Source: Methanomassiliicoccus sp.
GTDB lineage: Archaea; Thermoplasmatota; Thermoplasmata; Methanomassiliicoccales; UBA472
DNA length: 64,000 bases
Assembly: GCA_004525545.1 (NCBI GenBank)
Contig: SPCU01000001.1
Location: 3,468 to 67,467, forward strand
Direction: 5' to 3'
Shown here: positions 47,329-56,585 of the stretch, piece by piece
Position numbering within the stretch: the first letter of the stretch is position 1
Layout: each line of letters begins with the position of its first letter
Translations under genes and position numbers: made by a program
The notes under the pieces: model-generated
What the model was told of the DNA's origin: nothing
The model's input: only the letters and a program-made list of their open reading frames with translations
The model's database searches: none

Positions 47329-48945
47329 ATGATGTACGAAGACCTGTTGCTGGTCCTGTTCGCCATTATCGCATTCATTACCTTTGTGCGAATGGCTGAC
47401 CGTAAGGGATGGCTCAAGAAGTATGGCATGAGCGCCTACGGGCCATTCCTCATGTGGAGGACCCAAGGCGGCAAGGACTTCATCGATCGGCTAGCTAGAC
47501 CAAAGCGGTTCTGGCAATATTACGCCGTGGTTTCCAAATGGCTTTGCTTAGTGGTCATGTTCCTCATGATGGCGTTGTTGATCTGGGAGGCGACCATCGT
47601 CTATCGCATTCCTGCAGAGAGCGCCCCCGGTCCGGAGATGATCCTGGCCTTACCGGGCATAAACCCGATCATTCCCTTGTGGTATGGCATACTGGGTTTA
47701 GTGGTGGCCATCGTAATTCACGAGTTCGCCCACGGGATCCTCACCCGCGTAGGAGGCATGGCCATCCGCTCCATGGGAATTTTACTTCTCATCGTGCCTA
47801 TGGGGGCCTTCGTGGAACCGGACGATGAAGCTCTGGTCAAAGTGGAGAAACGTAAACGTATGAACGTTTACGCTGTAGGACCGGCCACGAACATCATCGT
47901 AGGTCTGGTATGCGCCCTCATATTCTCATCAGCGATGATGGCCAACGTTGAACCGGTAAGGGACAACCCGATCGTGATAAGTGTCAGCAACGACGGGCCA
48001 GCCGACATGGCAGGATTAAAGTTCGGAGCTCAGATCGTGGAGATAAATGATGTGGAGATCAGCTCATTCGAAGATTTCTCATCTTTTAACGCTCCAGACC
48101 CAGGGTCCAAGGTCAACGTCACCTATTATTTCAATGATGAGATATCAACAGCAACGATGACGTCCGGAGTGGTACTGACCACCATATCTGCAGGATATCC
48201 TGCCGATGATGCTGGAATGAGGTCCGGGATGATGCTCTATTCCCTCAACGATACCATGATCCTCAATGAGGATGGTCTGGTGAACGTTCTGAAACAGACC
48301 CATGGCGGTCAAACGATCAACGCCACTGTTCTTTCATACAACGAAGAGGTACAGGATTATGTGGTTGATGAGTCCGTCACATCTATCACTTTAATTAGCC
48401 GGCTGAATTATTACGAGACCGTAAGTCCAGCATCAATTGACGATGATTTCCAAGACTACGGGTTCATGGGCATCAACTCAGCATACTTGGGGGCCGGGGT
48501 GAACAGCCCCGAGGTCATCGTCGAACTTTTAGCAACCCCATACAAGGGAGCTGACGATTTCAGCTCGATAGTCGCGTCATCCATAGGATATATCGCCCTC
48601 CCGTTCCAGGGACTTTCCCCGATACAGAGCCCGGTCACTGACCTGTTCGAAGCTTCGGGAATATGGGGAGCCCTACCGGCGGATATATTCTGGATCCTAG
48701 CCAACAGTATGTACTGGATATTCTGGATAAATTTGATGGTCGGCCTTACCAACGTACTGCCGGCCGTACCACTGGATGGAGGTTTTCTCTTCCGCGATGG
48801 TATCGATTCGCTGGTCAAACGTTTCAAGGGGAGCGCCTCACAGGAAGAGAGGGTGAAGTACACCAATACGATCACCTATTTGCTGGCGATGTTCGTGCTG
48901 TTCCTGATCGTTTGGCAGCTCATTGGGCCGAGATTGCTGGGCTGA
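47329..48945 (+). CDS. site-2 protease family (M50) membrane metalloprotease with PDZ-like insert
   Basis: HEFAHGILTR (HExxH) in a TM helix, a central soluble PDZ-like region (GPADMAGLKFGAQIVEINDV; YPADDAGMRSGMMLYSLND) and a C-terminal NVLPAVPLDGG motif. Confidence 0.85.
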   Translation: MMYEDLLLVLFAIIAFITFVRMADRKGWLKKYGMSAYGPFLMWRTQGGKDFIDRLARPKRFWQYYAVVSKWLCLVVMFLMMALLIWEATIVYRIPAESAPGPEMILALPGINPIIPLWYGILGLVVAIVIHEFAHGILTRVGGMAIRSMGILLLIVPMGAFVEPDDEALVKVEKRKRMNVYAVGPATNIIVGLVCALIFSSAMMANVEPVRDNPIVISVSNDGPADMAGLKFGAQIVEINDVEISSFEDFSSFNAPDPGSKVNVTYYFNDEISTATMTSGVVLTTISAGYPADDAGMRSGMMLYSLNDTMILNEDGLVNVLKQTHGGQTINATVLSYNEEVQDYVVDESVTSITLISRLNYYETVSPASIDDDFQDYGFMGINSAYLGAGVNSPEVIVELLATPYKGADDFSSIVASSIGYIALPFQGLSPIQSPVTDLFEASGIWGALPADIFWILANSMYWIFWINLMVGLTNVLPAVPLDGGFLFRDGIDSLVKRFKGSASQEERVKYTNTITYLLAMFVLFLIVWQLIGPRLLG

Positions 48946-49224
48946 TCAGAGACAGCATACCAATGCGATGGGGGCAGGGTCCTTTTTAGCGTGGTTGCAC
49001 TCTGAGCATAGCTCATAGTCCAAGGAACGAATGTTCTGATACGGATCGTAGATGGTCCCGCATTCCCGGCACTTCATGAATACGACAAAGGGTGGTTTGA
49101 ACTGGTTGCATTCGATCACCCTGCCTTGGTTAAAAGAGCTACAGTTCTTTTTTGAGCAATTATCGCAAAGGCTTCGCCTACGAATGTTGATCGCGCGGTG
49201 CTCGGAGACCTGTAGCTGCACCAT
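48946..49224 (-). CDS. Cys-rich hypothetical protein
   Basis: 92 aa with CDNC..C, C..., CRECG and CSEC pairs. GGAG lies upstream of the ATG. It has its own AT-rich upstream region after the nrdD terminator. Confidence 0.45.
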   Translation of the reverse strand: MVQLQVSEHRAINIRRRSLCDNCSKKNCSSFNQGRVIECNQFKPPFVVFMKCRECGTIYDPYQNIRSLDYELCSECNHAKKDPAPIALVCCL

Positions 49225-49372
49225 ATACTCAAACTCCAGCAGTTACATTTCTGTGTTAACGATACATAAAACTTTTCAAGGACCCTCCTAAATCGCCAAA
49301 GAAATGACCGAAGATTTCATTTTAAAACCTTGATCGTGAAAATATCGAAATTCATTCTTTAGCGGTAAATAT

Positions 49373-49390
49373 ATAAAAAAAAGAAAAAGG
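49373..49390 (-). terminator. oligo-T terminator after nrdD
   Basis: On the minus strand, CCTTTTTCTTTTTTTTAT begins about 30 nt after the nrdD stop. Confidence 0.5.
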
Positions 49391-49418
49391 AGGTGGGTGA
49401 AGCCCGACCGTTTCTCGC

Positions 49419-51545
49419 TCAAGAGATATTGTTGTGTGTCCTCTCTTTCAGCTCTCCAAGCTTCCCCTTGTTCCAACCCGAGGTCTTCGAGAAGAACCCG
49501 GTGACACGGGTGATCCCTTCGACGTTTGGCGAGTGGCAATAGGAACATGTATCCTTAAGCCCCCGGCCGGTCTTACCGCAACTGAGGCAGGAGGTGAACT
49601 CCGGGCTGAAGGCTATCTGGGAGTTCTCAGTGTTCTTGAAGGTTTTGACCACGAAGGCAGCCAGACTCTCTGCGGAAGGCTTGTGCTCCCCCAACCAAAC
49701 GTGGGTGAGCGCCCCCGCCTCGACCAACGGGTGGAACAGGCCCTCGGCCTTCACCCTCTCGATGGCGCTGATCTGCGCCCCTACGTTGAGGTAGGTGGAG
49801 TTGGTGTAGTAGATCTCTCCGATGCTCTTGTTGCCACGGATGACCGTCGGCGCCTGCAGCGGGTAGTATTTCATATCCAGCTTGGCGAAACGGTAGGCGG
49901 TGCTCTCGGCAGGGGTCTGCTCCAGAGGCATCTTGATACCATATTTTTGACCAACGGCATCGGCATATTTCTTCATGACCGAAATGACCTTGAGGCCGAA
50001 CATGGTGGCATTTTTGGTCTCGTGCATCTGCTCACCAGTATGGTATTGGACAAGTTCGTTCAGTCCGACCATCCCTATGAGGAAGGATGCTTTGTTGAAG
50101 CGATAGTACTGTTCCCCATCCAAGTTCATGGTGAGCAGCGCCAGCGGACCATATTTACCCATTGCCAGCAACTTACCAATGAATTCGCGCTTCTGAAGAT
50201 GCGCTTGGGCTACCAGTTCGATCCTCTCCTCCAGCAATTTGAAGAGCTTTTCATCGTCCTGGTGCGCTTCGTAAGCGATGCGCGGCAAGTTGATGGTGAC
50301 GTTCTGCATCGCGGAGTACCTCATCTTCCAAGGGGTCTTCGCGTCGTTCAGATCGTTATCGTCCAACTTAAAGGTCAAACGGCAGCACTCGGATATCTTG
50401 GCGGTTCCGCCGCGATCGAACACGAAATATGTGTTGCCCTTCTCAGTAGCTGTGGTGCATATCTTATTTAGGAATTCCTCGTGCCCTTCGGTCTTGAAAA
50501 ATTTCTCGGTCATGTGCACGTTCGGTTTGGGGAAGAAAAACGGCCGTCCCATGGCATCCCCTTCCAAGTATACATCGAACAGTGCGTTGACGAACCTCTG
50601 ACTCTCCTCGGCATAGTCGCCGTAGACCTTACCGGTGAACAGACCATTAGGCCCGATGGCCTCCACATTCTGGAAGTGGTCCGGTACCTCCCAATAAAGG
50701 TTCAGGTCGCTGAAGATGGACTGCCCACCACGGGCGACAGCCTGTTGTGCGAACTCGAAAATGAGTATCTGGGCTAACTGCTTCATGCGGGTATCGTCCA
50801 CTCCAACTAAGTATGGAGCGAGGAACAGGTTGAAGGCGTCCCAGCCAATGGCTCCAGCGAAATTGCCTTGCAAGGCGGCTGAGAACTTGACCACCTGCTC
50901 GATGAGCACCTCTGGATGCTTGGCCGGTTTAGCGATGGATATGGCATTCGGAAGGTTGAGGCCGAACTTCTTCACATATTCTATTGATTGACCGCCGCAA
51001 TAGGGACGGTCGATCATGCCCAGGTCGTGAAGGTGGATGTCCCCTCGCATGTGTGCGTCCGCCAGATCTTGAGAGAACACCTCTAACAGGGCGAACTCCT
51101 TCTTAATCTGCTCTGCCAGGGTTAAATTGGTGGCTTCTGGCCCGTGAGGAACGTTTGCGTTCTCCTTGTTCGGGCTCATGATGATCTGTCTAGCGTCATA
51201 TAGAGGCACTCCCAATCGAGTATGCTGCCTACGGATCTTGGCCAGACCATACTCCACCAACTTGGCATTGGTCAATTCACGTATGAGTGGGGCGGTTATG
51301 ACATCCAGCTGTAGCTCACCAATCAGCTTCTCCACCTCCCGGGCAACGATGGCGGCGGCATCCTCGCTGATATCGGTCTCCCTCATCAGAGCCTCGAATA
51401 TCCGACTTTTATCCCACTTCTTGATCTCTTCATCTGAGGTTCGAACGAACAGGGATAATTCGGTCGACTCTCTATCGCTGATCAGAGTCGTTCCTGTTTC
51501 GGTTGACGCTCGTACGTTCCGGGGGGCTTCAGAGCTTTTCATCAT
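49419..51545 (-). CDS. nrdD: anaerobic ribonucleoside-triphosphate reductase (class III)
   Basis: N-terminal ATP-cone (VRTSDEEIKKWDKSRIFEAL), a C-terminal zinc site CLSCGKTG...CSYCHS and the glycyl-radical region RVTGFFS. 708 aa. Confidence 0.95.
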   Translation of the reverse strand: MMKSSEAPRNVRASTETGTTLISDRESTELSLFVRTSDEEIKKWDKSRIFEALMRETDISEDAAAIVAREVEKLIGELQLDVITAPLIRELTNAKLVEYGLAKIRRQHTRLGVPLYDARQIIMSPNKENANVPHGPEATNLTLAEQIKKEFALLEVFSQDLADAHMRGDIHLHDLGMIDRPYCGGQSIEYVKKFGLNLPNAISIAKPAKHPEVLIEQVVKFSAALQGNFAGAIGWDAFNLFLAPYLVGVDDTRMKQLAQILIFEFAQQAVARGGQSIFSDLNLYWEVPDHFQNVEAIGPNGLFTGKVYGDYAEESQRFVNALFDVYLEGDAMGRPFFFPKPNVHMTEKFFKTEGHEEFLNKICTTATEKGNTYFVFDRGGTAKISECCRLTFKLDDNDLNDAKTPWKMRYSAMQNVTINLPRIAYEAHQDDEKLFKLLEERIELVAQAHLQKREFIGKLLAMGKYGPLALLTMNLDGEQYYRFNKASFLIGMVGLNELVQYHTGEQMHETKNATMFGLKVISVMKKYADAVGQKYGIKMPLEQTPAESTAYRFAKLDMKYYPLQAPTVIRGNKSIGEIYYTNSTYLNVGAQISAIERVKAEGLFHPLVEAGALTHVWLGEHKPSAESLAAFVVKTFKNTENSQIAFSPEFTSCLSCGKTGRGLKDTCSYCHSPNVEGITRVTGFFSKTSGWNKGKLGELKERTHNNIS

Positions 51546-51740
51546 CTCACGTTCTTCTATTATTAAATGAAAATGAGGACCTATATAGAGAGTCCGTTTA
51601 CTTCATTCAAACTTGGGAATATGACATTCCGTTCCTAGGTTTAAATGAATTTTTGAACTAAATCTGTAACCAATTAACACCTATGGATCGTGCTTGGAAA
51701 GGTATATTATTACCATATTTGTTACCATATCTGTTCATAT

Positions 51741-52319
51741 ATGTTTCATCCAGACCGCGATCTTAGGCAGATTATCATTGCCATATTATCTGAAGAGGGA
51801 AGGTCTATAAGCTACCTCTCACGAGAGCTGAAGAAAAGAGGTTATGACATGCATCGTTTGACCTTGACCGGTTATCTAAGAGCGATGACAGATATTAACG
51901 TTCTCAAGGAGAAGGATGTCCCTCCTGCGAAAATATATACACCCATAGTCGGAAAGGAGAGGGACATTTACATCAAGGTAGCTGAACAGGCGAGATCCAT
52001 CATAGGAGACAAGAACGCAGAATTGACCCTTTACACCTTGTACAAACTATTCAAGAGACCGATATTCAAAGAAGAACTGGAAAGGGCAGGAGTATTGGAT
52101 GCCTCACCCGGGATTCAAGCACGAGAAGAAGAACTTTCTGAAGCTCGTAAGTTCATGATCAAGGCAGGATTCAAGATACCAACCAGTAGTAAGGCCTATG
52201 TACCATTGAACAACGATTTGGAGGAAGCGTATCAGAGCTTGATCGTCCAAATAATCATTATCGATACAGAGGCTACATATTTAGTCAGGGAAACTAAACA
52301 GACGAAACTGGAGTTCTGA
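51741..52319 (+). CDS. hypothetical protein with N-terminal winged-helix-like domain
   Basis: LRQIIIAILSEEGRSISYLSRELKKRGYDMHRLTLTGYLRAM looks like a wHTH. ATG 51741 is preferred over the ORF-track start. It is divergent from nrdD. Confidence 0.55.
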   Translation: MFHPDRDLRQIIIAILSEEGRSISYLSRELKKRGYDMHRLTLTGYLRAMTDINVLKEKDVPPAKIYTPIVGKERDIYIKVAEQARSIIGDKNAELTLYTLYKLFKRPIFKEELERAGVLDASPGIQAREEELSEARKFMIKAGFKIPTSSKAYVPLNNDLEEAYQSLIVQIIIIDTEATYLVRETKQTKLEF

Positions 52320-52332
52320 TATACTGGAAATA

Positions 52333-53373
52333 ATGTATAAATCTACAAATGTTATATCGGGTGATATGGACCTGAATAGCCTGGTCGAAGCTTTAAAGAA
52401 CTTCCCCGGAGTGACCAGGAAGAAAAGCATATCATCCATCATCAATTTCTTCCCAAAACAATCGTACACCAAGATCCTTGCTTCCTACGGAGAGGATGCT
52501 GCGGTGATCGAGCAAGGAGGAAACCTACTCCTATTGGCCGCTGACGGTATCATGCCGGCACTGATGCGCACCAATCCATTCTTTGCCGGATACTACGCAG
52601 TTCTGGTCAATATTCATGATATTGCGGCCATGGGTGGGGTTCCCATAGCTATGCTGGATATACTATCTGTCAAGGACAATCGCGTCTGTTCTCAGGTAAT
52701 GAGAGGAATGGAGTTGGCTGTTAAAAAGTTCGGGGTACCTATTGTCGGTGGGCATACTCACCCAGATTGCGATTACGACGCTATCGATATCGCCATCATA
52801 GGAACAGCAGAACTTGGAGAGGCCATCTATAGCCACACGGCCCTGGAAGGCGACGATGTCATCGTAGGCATGGACCTAGACGGCTTCTATCCCGACGCAC
52901 TGCCATACGCGTGGGACACCACCTTCAGGAAGGAATCCTCCATACTGAGGCGGCAAATGCTCATAATGAACAAGATCGCCAAGCAAGGGTTAGTTCGCTC
53001 GGGCAAGGATATCAGCAACCCCGGTACCCTGGGAACACTGGGCATGTTGCTTGAGACCAGTGGGAAGGGGGCGTTGGTAGACCTGGACCGCATACCCCGA
53101 CCTGCAGGAGTGGAACAGACGCAATGGCTGAAATCATATCAAGGCTGCGGTTACGTCGTCACTTGCGACCCCATCCACTCACAGCGCATCATCGAAATGT
53201 ACGCAACGGTAGGTGTCACCAGTTCCATTATCGGCAAGGTGGACGATGGGAACCAACTTATTGTAAAGCAGGGAGGGCAGAACGCGGTCATGTTCGATTT
53301 TGATAAGGAGATCATCACCGGTTGCAAACCAACGTCCACCGTCGGCTGGGAATACGTAGAGCTTGGAAAATAA
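52333..53373 (+). CDS. AIR synthase-related protein (PurM/ThiL/HypE superfamily)
   Basis: GEDAAVIEQGGNLLLLAADGI...VLVNIHDIAAMGGVPIAMLD...VGGHTHPD is the superfamily N-domain signature. The exact subfamily is not resolved. Confidence 0.75.
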   Translation: MYKSTNVISGDMDLNSLVEALKNFPGVTRKKSISSIINFFPKQSYTKILASYGEDAAVIEQGGNLLLLAADGIMPALMRTNPFFAGYYAVLVNIHDIAAMGGVPIAMLDILSVKDNRVCSQVMRGMELAVKKFGVPIVGGHTHPDCDYDAIDIAIIGTAELGEAIYSHTALEGDDVIVGMDLDGFYPDALPYAWDTTFRKESSILRRQMLIMNKIAKQGLVRSGKDISNPGTLGTLGMLLETSGKGALVDLDRIPRPAGVEQTQWLKSYQGCGYVVTCDPIHSQRIIEMYATVGVTSSIIGKVDDGNQLIVKQGGQNAVMFDFDKEIITGCKPTSTVGWEYVELGK

Positions 53374-53379
53374 AAAAAA

Positions 53380-53693
53380 GTGCTAGGCGACGGAGGTTGC
53401 CGCTCGAACCGAAAGAGGTTGTCCAATCACTGACTCAGCCCCGCTCCCCTTCGAGCGTAAGTAATCCGTGGTAAGGCTGTTCCCGTCAGGGCCTGACCCG
53501 TTCCCCACGATCAGAGCAAGGTGTGCCGCCCTCCAGCTGCACCGCGATGCTGCCACCGACCCCGTAGGACAGGGCCTCAGCGCCAATGATTGGGCCTCTA
53601 GCGTTCCGGATACGACGTCCCCCGCTGTCACCCCCGCATATCGACGATTACGGTGTATAAGGACACGCCGACCGTCCCGGTCTAGCCTAGCAG
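53380..53693 (-). ncRNA. ffs: signal recognition particle RNA (7S RNA)
   Basis: Minus strand reads ..TGCTAGGCTAGACCGGGACGGTCGGCG.. at the 5' end, and this pairs with ..GCCTAGCA at the 3' end. A helix-8-like segment GGTCAGGCCCTGACGGGAACAGCC is present. Length is about 314 nt, it is followed by T8, and a TATA-like TTTTTAAATA lies about 25 nt upstream. Confidence 0.75.
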
Positions 53694-53713
53694 GTGCTCT
53701 TATCCATCGAGCG

Positions 53714-53723
53714 TATTTAAAAA
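53714..53723 (-). promoter_or_regulatory. TATA box for the SRP RNA gene
   Basis: The minus strand reads TTTTTAAATA, about 22-30 nt upstream of the inferred 5' end of the SRP RNA. Confidence 0.45.
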
Positions 53724-53893
53724 TTCTGCACGTTCTATGATATGTAATGAACTGTCCAACACCTCTTCTGAAGAATTTAATAGTTTATTAGTTATTCACA
53801 AACATTATTTGATTTTATTATCATATAATATATTATATTGTTAAGAAGCATGGTCAACTGGTCGAAGATAGAACGGTAGATCGCCCCGAGGCG

Positions 53894-54231
53894 GTGTTAG
53901 AGACGCTGCGGAAAGGACGATCTCATTTTGACTTCCATCGGGAAAAAAGTAGATTGCTCACAAAGGACCTGGTCAATGCCACCCTGGGCGTGCTCCTCAT
54001 CATCGCCGTATAGTGGATCGTGGCCGACCTCATGATATCATGGCGAGGAGCGGCCTTCCCCACTCCCCAGGAGACGTTTACCAGCCTATGGAACGCTTTG
54101 GGCGGGATGGAAGTGCACGGGGAAAGCATCTACGTGCACGCCCAAGCCCCTTGTACAGATGGGGGCTGGGTTACGTCATCGCCCTTGTGCTCGGGATAAC
54201 CATAGGACTTTTGTTCGGCACCCTGAACTGA
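53894..54231 (+). pseudogene. remnant of an ABC transporter permease (NitT/TauT-like N-terminal about 90 aa) with an in-frame TAG and a frameshift
   Basis: One frame reads ..LVNATLGVLLIIAV*WIVADLMISWRGAAFPTPQETFTSLWNALGG.. A second frame continues SPLYRWGLGYVIALVLGITIGLLFG and then stops. Only the first TM region of a roughly 250-aa permease is present. Confidence 0.45.
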
Positions 54232-54628
54232 TTGAACAGTACCTCCAGGGACCTTGCTCTTCCGACGATATTCCACCCGCACGGAGATATGAGCGCTAAC
54301 GCCAACATCTCATTATTGGACGATATCCTAGCAACGGGGATCGAAGGGTTCCAGGTCGGCCGAACGGAACGAACCCGGGAGATCGCTGGAGCTCATGGGA
54401 GGCAGGATCGCGCTCATAGGGGGGATAGACGCATCCTCCACGCTTCTGCTTGGTCCCGAGGAGAAGATCGTCGATGAGATGGAGTCGTTCCTCCATCTTT
54501 TCCACTCTTGGACAGGATATGTGTTCATGTGCTCCTGCTCGTTGCATCGGGGCATGCCGCTAGAGAACGTGGAGATCATGATGCGATGCGCCAGAAGATA
54601 TGGGTTGAGAAAGGAATATGAACCCTGA
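54232..54628 (+). pseudogene. remnant of a uroporphyrinogen decarboxylase-family (MtaA/MtbA-like) methyltransferase: C-terminal third only, frameshifted
   Basis: Frame 1 reads IFHPHGDMSANANISLLDDILATGIEGFQV. Frame 2 continues LELMGGRIALIGGIDASSTLLLGPEEKIVDEM...CSLHRGMPLENVEIMMRCARRYG. This is the typical end of UroD-family enzymes, but the first roughly 200 aa are missing. Confidence 0.5.
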
Positions 54629-54648
54629 GAGGACATATATTTCAGTGC

Positions 54649-55530
54649 ATGACCTCACTGGACCTTGATAGTAAACCGCCCTGGCTACGGACCAGAGGCC
54701 TATCTCCGTTCAATTCATCGGAAGTCAGGCGTACTCTATCAGCAGGGTTGAGGACGGTATGCGACTCTTCCCGCTGCCCGAACCTGGGGGAGTGCTGGGG
54801 CAGTGGTCACGCCACGTTCATGATATTAGGGGAGCGATGCACCAGGAACTGCCGTTTCTGCGCCATTCCCAGCGGCCGTCCGGAAGGCGGGGTGGATGAA
54901 GGGGAGCCGGAAAGGCTGGCCGAAGCGGTGCGTTCCCTGGGACTGAAGCACGTGGTGATAACCTCGGTCACCAGGGACGATCTGGAGGACGGGGGAGCTG
55001 GCATTTTCGCCGCTGCTGTGCGAACCATACGGTGGATGGTCCCCAATACTGGCGTGGAGGTGCTCATTCCAGACCTGCAAGGTAATAAGGAGAGCTTGGA
55101 GAAAGTGGTCGATTCTTCGCCTGATGTTCTGGGGCACAATCTGGAGGTCGTTCGTTCGTTGCAATGGGTCAGAGACCCAAAGGCCTCTTACGAACGTTCC
55201 CTGGACGTTCTTCAAATGGCCAAACGGTTCGATCCAAGCTCATTGACCAAGAGCTCGCTCATGCTCGGGTTAGGTGAACAGAGGGGGGAGATCAGACAAG
55301 CCATGCTGGACCTGCTTTCAGCAAAGGTGGACCTGCTCACCCTCGGGCAATACCTTCCACCACTGGGGTCGTCATTGCCCCTGCATCGTTATGTGCTCCC
55401 CTCTGAGTTCGACGAACTGAGAGAGATGGCGCGTTCCCTCGGTTTCAAGGGGGTCATGGCCGGACCGCTTGTCAGGTCGTCATACAAAGCTTTGGATCTC
55501 ATGAGAGAGGCTGGTGTTGGGAGATGTTAA
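54649..55530 (+). CDS. lipA: lipoyl synthase
   Basis: CPNLGECWG auxiliary cluster motif and radical-SAM CTRNCRFC. About 290 aa. Confidence 0.95.
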   Translation: MTSLDLDSKPPWLRTRGLSPFNSSEVRRTLSAGLRTVCDSSRCPNLGECWGSGHATFMILGERCTRNCRFCAIPSGRPEGGVDEGEPERLAEAVRSLGLKHVVITSVTRDDLEDGGAGIFAAAVRTIRWMVPNTGVEVLIPDLQGNKESLEKVVDSSPDVLGHNLEVVRSLQWVRDPKASYERSLDVLQMAKRFDPSSLTKSSLMLGLGEQRGEIRQAMLDLLSAKVDLLTLGQYLPPLGSSLPLHRYVLPSEFDELREMARSLGFKGVMAGPLVRSSYKALDLMREAGVGRC

Positions 55531-56585
55531 CGGACGAATTCGATCCTTTGAAAGGAGAGATGCTGTGCGTAATGGATGAAGAAGGGATCGTGGACCGATC
55601 CCTGATGCCGAAATTGTCCAATGAGATGCTCATCAAGGCCTACCGCACCATGGTCCTTACGCGCCTGGCTGACGACAAGGCGGTGAAGTTGCAGCGTCAG
55701 GGGAAATTGGGTGCCTACCCACCCAGCAGAGGACAGGAGGCTAGTCAAATAGGTCCGGCCATGGCCCTGAAGGAAGGTGACTGGCTTTTATGGGCCTTCC
55801 GAGAGATGGGGGGCCTGCTATGGAAGGGAATACCGTTAAGCACGCTGTACCTGTTCTGGATGGGCAACGAGCTGGGAAGTGTCTATCCTGAAGGGTCGAA
55901 CGTAACGCCTTCGGTGGTGCCAGTGGCCTCCCAGATACCCCATGCGGTGGGCATCGCCTATGCCAGTAAGTTGAGGAAGGAAAAGATCGTCACTTTGGCC
56001 TACTTCGGTGATGGGGCGACTTCGGAAGGGGAGTTCCATGAAGGCCTCAATTTTGCCGGGGTCTTCAAGACCCCCAACGTCTTCGTTTGTCAAAATAACC
56101 AGTTCGCCATCTCTACCCGTAGGGAACGGCAGAGCGCCTCACCGACCCTGGCGCAAAAAGCGGTATCCTATGGGTTCCCAGGGATATTGGTCGACGGGAA
56201 CGACATCTTCGCCATGTTCGCGGCGGCCAAGGAGGCGGTGGACCGCGCCCGGAAAGGTAAAGGACCGACGCTTATCGAATCTTACACCTACCGTATGGGC
56301 GACCACACCACCTCCGACGATTGGAGAAAGTATCGTACGAAGGAAGAGGTGGAGACCTGGCAACGGAAGGACCCGCTTTCTCGCTTCGCGAAGTATCTGA
56401 AGGCGGAAGGTGTCCTTAGCGACGAGGGGGAGATAGAGAAGGAGATGTCCAAGGTGATCGAGGAAGCGGTCGCGGCCGCGGAAGCCGTTCCCGCACCGAC
56501 CCGGAAGGACGTCTTTGAGCATACTTACGCCGAGATGCCCCCTTACCTCAAGTGGCAGATGGGCCCAGGAGGCGAGCGCCAATGA
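55524..56585 (+). CDS. 2-oxoacid dehydrogenase E1 component alpha subunit (pyruvate/branched-chain type)
   Basis: TPP-binding motif GDGATSEGEFHEGLNFAGVFKTPNVFVCQNNQFAIS. The start overlaps the lipA stop by 7 nt. Confidence 0.9.
   Translation: MLTDEFDPLKGEMLCVMDEEGIVDRSLMPKLSNEMLIKAYRTMVLTRLADDKAVKLQRQGKLGAYPPSRGQEASQIGPAMALKEGDWLLWAFREMGGLLWKGIPLSTLYLFWMGNELGSVYPEGSNVTPSVVPVASQIPHAVGIAYASKLRKEKIVTLAYFGDGATSEGEFHEGLNFAGVFKTPNVFVCQNNQFAISTRRERQSASPTLAQKAVSYGFPGILVDGNDIFAMFAAAKEAVDRARKGKGPTLIESYTYRMGDHTTSDDWRKYRTKEEVETWQRKDPLSRFAKYLKAEGVLSDEGEIEKEMSKVIEEAVAAAEAVPAPTRKDVFEHTYAEMPPYLKWQMGPGGERQ

Noticed and set aside
46782-47429. 215-aa minus-strand ORF
   Set aside because: It overlaps the start of the M50 protease gene and is antisense to a more protein-like 127-aa plus-strand ORF, with no motifs.
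49434-51570. Plus-strand ORFs (345, 134 and 107 aa) inside nrdD
   Set aside because: Antisense shadow ORFs. The nrdD frame carries the ATP-cone, zinc-site and glycyl-radical motifs.
53383-53740. 82-aa (-) and 90-aa (+) ORFs
   Set aside because: The region is better explained by the SRP RNA gene, and the translations are Arg/Pro/Ser-rich.
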